A DNA stretch of 64,000 bases from an uncultured bacterium. Lineage in GTDB: Bacteria; Zixibacteria; MSB-5A5; JAABVY01; JAHJOQ01. The stretch spans positions 1 through 64,000 of the forward strand of contig CBDUQR010000001.1 of assembly GCA_965369655.1 (NCBI GenBank), read 5' to 3'. The stretch's first letter is position 1; every line of letters begins with the position of its first letter. This document shows positions 60,625 through 64,000 of the stretch, one piece after another. Below the pieces are notes generated by a model. The model saw only the letters and a program-made list of their open reading frames with translations, had not been told where the DNA came from and searched no databases. Position numbers and translations under genes: made by a program.

Positions 60625-62691
60625 TTATTTCAACTGGAATCTGCCAACCATTGCTTTCAGACCCTCAGCCTGCCGGTTCAACTGTTCGGCAGCCGCAGCC
60701 GACTGCTCAGCGCCGGTGGCCGTCTCTTTGGTCACTGATGAAATCCGCTCGATATTCTTCGATATTTGCTCGGCAGCCGCAGATTGCTCTTCGGTAGCGG
60801 TTGACATCTGACCGATCATATCCATGATCTGCTGAGATACGTTGACAATCTCATTCAAGCTGTTGCCGGCTTTGTCAGCAAGTTCACGTCCTTTATCGAC
60901 CTCCTGGGTCCCTGCTTCCATCGAAGAAACGGCAGTTTCGGTTTCCTGCTGGATTCCTTTAACCATATCGGAGATTTCGCCAGTCGCTTTACCTGTACGC
61001 TCGGCGAGTTTCCTGACTTCATCTGCCACAACGGCAAAACCGCGACCGTGCTCACCTGCACGTGCTGCCTCGATCGCTGCGTTGAGCGCGAGAAGATTGG
61101 TCTGATCGGAGATATCATCGATCACACCGATGATCTCACCGATCTGGTCGGCAGAAGTGGCGAGCTTTGCGATTGATTCCGCAGATTCCCGAACCACCTC
61201 AGAGATCTTCTGCATTCCCTGAATTGTATCGTTCACGAGCTGCCCGCCCGATGTTGCGCTTTCGGAGGAGCTCTTGCTCGCCTCGTTCGCTTCACCTGCG
61301 TTCTTCGATGACTCGACGATCGTGGCTGTCATCTCCTCAATGGCAGTCGAAACCTGGTTGACCTGATCTGACTGGTCGTTTACGCCGCGCGACATCTGTT
61401 CTGATGCGGATGCGATCTCAGTGGCGGCGCTGACGAGCTGATCAGCGTTCTCTGTCGTCTCGCGGATTACAGACGAGAGATTTTCGACCATCATCTTGAA
61501 CGAGTTGCCGAGTACATCACGCTCAGATTTGGGTTCGATCTCGACTCTGAGATCGTTGGCAGCAATCGTCTCAGCGGCTGTCGCCAGCTCCTTCATGTAA
61601 TCTATTAGTTGCCTGAACGCACTCGCGAGCGCTCCAATTTCGTCCTTCGAGTCGAATTCGATAACGTGTTGAATGTCGCCCTTGGAGATTTCCTGAGCCA
61701 CAAAGGCCATGTCGGAAACCGGCTTGGAGATGCCACGCGCGATTATGAAGGCGACGAAGGCGCCGAGGAGTATAGCACCGATCACAAAACTGATTGCCAG
61801 AGTGATGGCTGTCGACTGGGCAGACTCCATTTTGTCCCGCTGCACATTGCGCAGATCGTCCAGACTCGCAACAGTCTCCCTGCCTGCCTGTACCATGAGC
61901 TCGTCGCTTATCAGCTGCTCTTCATGAAGGCCTCGATAGGTGATGAACCCACTCTCGTATTCACGCGCTGCGGCAATGATAGCATCTAACTGATCCAGGT
62001 TGATTTGTTGCCTCATCTTAGCCCTGGTCGTGTTGCACTGCTCAACGAAGTCATTGACGTGGCTCAATACGGCTTCGGCGTAGTCATCGCTCTTGCGAAT
62101 AATCCAGTTCTTTTCGGCCTGACGGATCTCCAACATGTATCTGATCAGTCGGTTGGCGTCATCGGCCTTGGCCCATCGAGCGGCCAGTTTCAAGTGACCC
62201 ACGCCCTGCGCAAGCTCGTCCTCCATCTGTTGCCTCTGGCTGGCTCTCAGCTTTGCAGCTTCTTCATTCACTTTGCGAGCTGCCTGCACCATGGTCTCCA
62301 TGGCGGTCTCGGCTTCGCCCCTCAGCCGCACCCAGTCGTTAAAGGATGCTTCGTAATCCTTGGTTTGTTTGGCAGCCGTCTCGATGGCTGCCACATCAGC
62401 CTGATCCTCGAAACGCGCTTTTGTTTCGTCGGCTTGTGCGTACATCTTGGCAGTGGTCTCGTGTACCCGATCGACATACATCATATCATTGCGCATGATG
62501 TAGTTCTTTTCCTGCTGACGACAATCCTTAGCCCACTTGATAAGTCTGTTGGCATCGTCGGCATTGGTCACGTTATTCGCAACAGTCGTAAGTCCATCCC
62601 AGCCGACATAACCAATGGCTGCAGCCAGGACAAGAACGACTCCAAAACCGATGTAAAGCTTCTTTGCAATTTTGAAATCTTTCCAACTCAT
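60625..62691 (-). CDS. Methyl-accepting chemotaxis protein with an HBM-like double four-helix sensor
   Basis: TM-sensor-TM-HAMP layout, [31 protein letters not shown], and a duplicated ADDANRLI...RQxEKN in the sensor. Confidence 0.96.
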   Translation of the reverse strand: MSWKDFKIAKKLYIGFGVVLVLAAAIGYVGWDGLTTVANNVTNADDANRLIKWAKDCRQQEKNYIMRNDMMYVDRVHETTAKMYAQADETKARFEDQADVAAIETAAKQTKDYEASFNDWVRLRGEAETAMETMVQAARKVNEEAAKLRASQRQQMEDELAQGVGHLKLAARWAKADDANRLIRYMLEIRQAEKNWIIRKSDDYAEAVLSHVNDFVEQCNTTRAKMRQQINLDQLDAIIAAAREYESGFITYRGLHEEQLISDELMVQAGRETVASLDDLRNVQRDKMESAQSTAITLAISFVIGAILLGAFVAFIIARGISKPVSDMAFVAQEISKGDIQHVIEFDSKDEIGALASAFRQLIDYMKELATAAETIAANDLRVEIEPKSERDVLGNSFKMMVENLSSVIRETTENADQLVSAATEIASASEQMSRGVNDQSDQVNQVSTAIEEMTATIVESSKNAGEANEASKSSSESATSGGQLVNDTIQGMQKISEVVRESAESIAKLATSADQIGEIIGVIDDISDQTNLLALNAAIEAARAGEHGRGFAVVADEVRKLAERTGKATGEISDMVKGIQQETETAVSSMEAGTQEVDKGRELADKAGNSLNEIVNVSQQIMDMIGQMSTATEEQSAAAEQISKNIERISSVTKETATGAEQSAAAAEQLNRQAEGLKAMVGRFQLK

Positions 62692-62757
62692 CGTATCACT
62701 CCTCTTGGTTCAAATGCTCCCACTTCTTTCCAAACTGTTCGTCTGATCACAATCCCC

Positions 62758-64000
62758 TTAAAATGCAACCTGGAAGTTCATCAGGAACTCATTGTTATCC
62801 ATTGACGCCTCCTGCTCGCCATTGAAATGATAGTTTAACTGTATCTTTGCATATTTTTCATCGATAAAAAGGTTTGTCCCTAGGGTAAGTCGGTCGGTAC
62901 GATTGCCAGTGATTCCCATGTAGGGATCGCGCTGTTCGTACCTGGCCAGCAACTGCATCTCCTGAAGAAAACCGAGACCAATCGCAAACGAGTGTCCTCC
63001 CCAGACATACCAGCCACTGCGTTCGACATCGCCGTGTTTGGAGTGGACGTATTCCGCTTCCACGATTTCATGGCGCCATTTCCATGTCAGCGAGCCACCA
63101 AAATCAACGAGGTCCTGCTTGAGCGAATCGACCGCGTTGGTCTTTCCTGCGTATACATTCGGCGATAGCGTAAACATGTCGAGCAGTTTGGCCTCCAGAT
63201 GCGCGACAAAGTTTTTGGTGCTGTTGACATCGGAAGTGTTGATACCAGCGCCATTGAACAGGCCGGTGGTCAGTTTCAGCGAATTCTTATTGTCAAACTT
63301 ATGTCTGAATGAGACTGTTGCGCCGACGTCACGATTCGTGCCCAGCCCTGCCGCACTCGATCTGTTGACAAACGGGGTGCTGCTCGCCGAAGTCAGGAAA
63401 TCAGTCCCAAACGGTGGCTTGTACTGTCCGATGCTGAGCGACCATTGCCGGTGAGGCGAAATAGTCACCTGGCCATCGAGCAGCTTCGGTGATTTCGCAA
63501 ACTCTGCCTGAATCTTGATTTGAGCATATTTGTTGATTTCGCCCTTCACGGCAAAACGAGCCCTTTTGGAAATAAATGACGAGGTCTGGTCAGGGCTACT
63601 CAGGAAATGCTCATGCGCCAGGCCACTGAACACGATCTTACCGTGTTTAACCGACGGATTCGGCTCAGTACCCCCGGACTTGCCTGACAGTATCTCCTCC
63701 AGCGAAGCATTAAGCTCAACCAGTCGATCGGTGAGTCTGCCTACTTCCGGATCGATCACCGGAGGCATGTAGAAACCGTCCTCATCGAGCGAGGCAAGCT
63801 GCTCCCTGGTCTCACCGGTCATTGTGCTTAGCAATCCAATCTGCGACTTGAGGTACTCAATGTCCCCAATGATCGTTAGCATATCTGATTCAGTGACCGG
63901 AACTGTAGTCTGGATGCTCGACAGACGATCGACATCGGCCCGCAACGCTTTGACCTCCAGTGCCAGTTGTGTCAGGCTGCTGTGGTCGCCCGATGGAGCC
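62758..64000 (-). CDS. Porin (OprO/OprP-like) with an N-terminal coiled coil; 5' end lies beyond the window
   Basis: KRARF, IGQYKPPFG, RDVG, GLFNG and terminal FQVAF; the frame stays open to the window edge. Confidence 0.8.
   Translation of the reverse strand, partial: APSGDHSSLTQLALEVKALRADVDRLSSIQTTVPVTESDMLTIIGDIEYLKSQIGLLSTMTGETREQLASLDEDGFYMPPVIDPEVGRLTDRLVELNASLEEILSGKSGGTEPNPSVKHGKIVFSGLAHEHFLSSPDQTSSFISKRARFAVKGEINKYAQIKIQAEFAKSPKLLDGQVTISPHRQWSLSIGQYKPPFGTDFLTSASSTPFVNRSSAAGLGTNRDVGATVSFRHKFDNKNSLKLTTGLFNGAGINTSDVNSTKNFVAHLEAKLLDMFTLSPNVYAGKTNAVDSLKQDLVDFGGSLTWKWRHEIVEAEYVHSKHGDVERSGWYVWGGHSFAIGLGFLQEMQLLARYEQRDPYMGITGNRTDRLTLGTNLFIDEKYAKIQLNYHFNGEQEASMDNNEFLMNFQVAF

Overview
This is a bacterial chromosomal window. 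The gene content (DUF5686 and patatin-Omp85 outer-membrane proteins, alpha2-type GlyRS, 11-subunit complex I) suggests an uncultured FCB-group lineage such as Zixibacteria, which is inference only. The housekeeping backbone comprises partial rlmD, eno-ftsB-recO-glyQS, tRNA-Glu(CTC), amrB, patatin/TrmH/DUF4097/sppA, a transport block (CNNM, NptA-PhoU, TerC, EIIA-CBS), nuoABCDHIJKLMN without nuoEFG, an ERCC4 nuclease, cdaR-tsaD, an M20 amidohydrolase, nfi, a BirA-like ligase, and porin-MCP-cheW. Four accessory patches interrupt it: (1) a decayed region next to tRNA-Glu with an integrase remnant, a DUF2335 gene pair and a duplicated operator/promoter; (2) a solo HEPN (ApeA-like) gene; (3) a CosR/EctR-type regulator divergent from a GNAT + PLP racemase + Na/solute symporter, the best candidate for an undescribed pathway (possibly osmolyte-related); (4) a solo NDT/TIR-like gene. 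Intergenic DNA carries several families of GTAG/GTGG REP-like hairpins, some nested. Several genes appear leaderless, and several promoters have a CG before the -10 box. No CRISPR array or rRNA was seen. All family calls come from motif recognition by eye, not from database searches.
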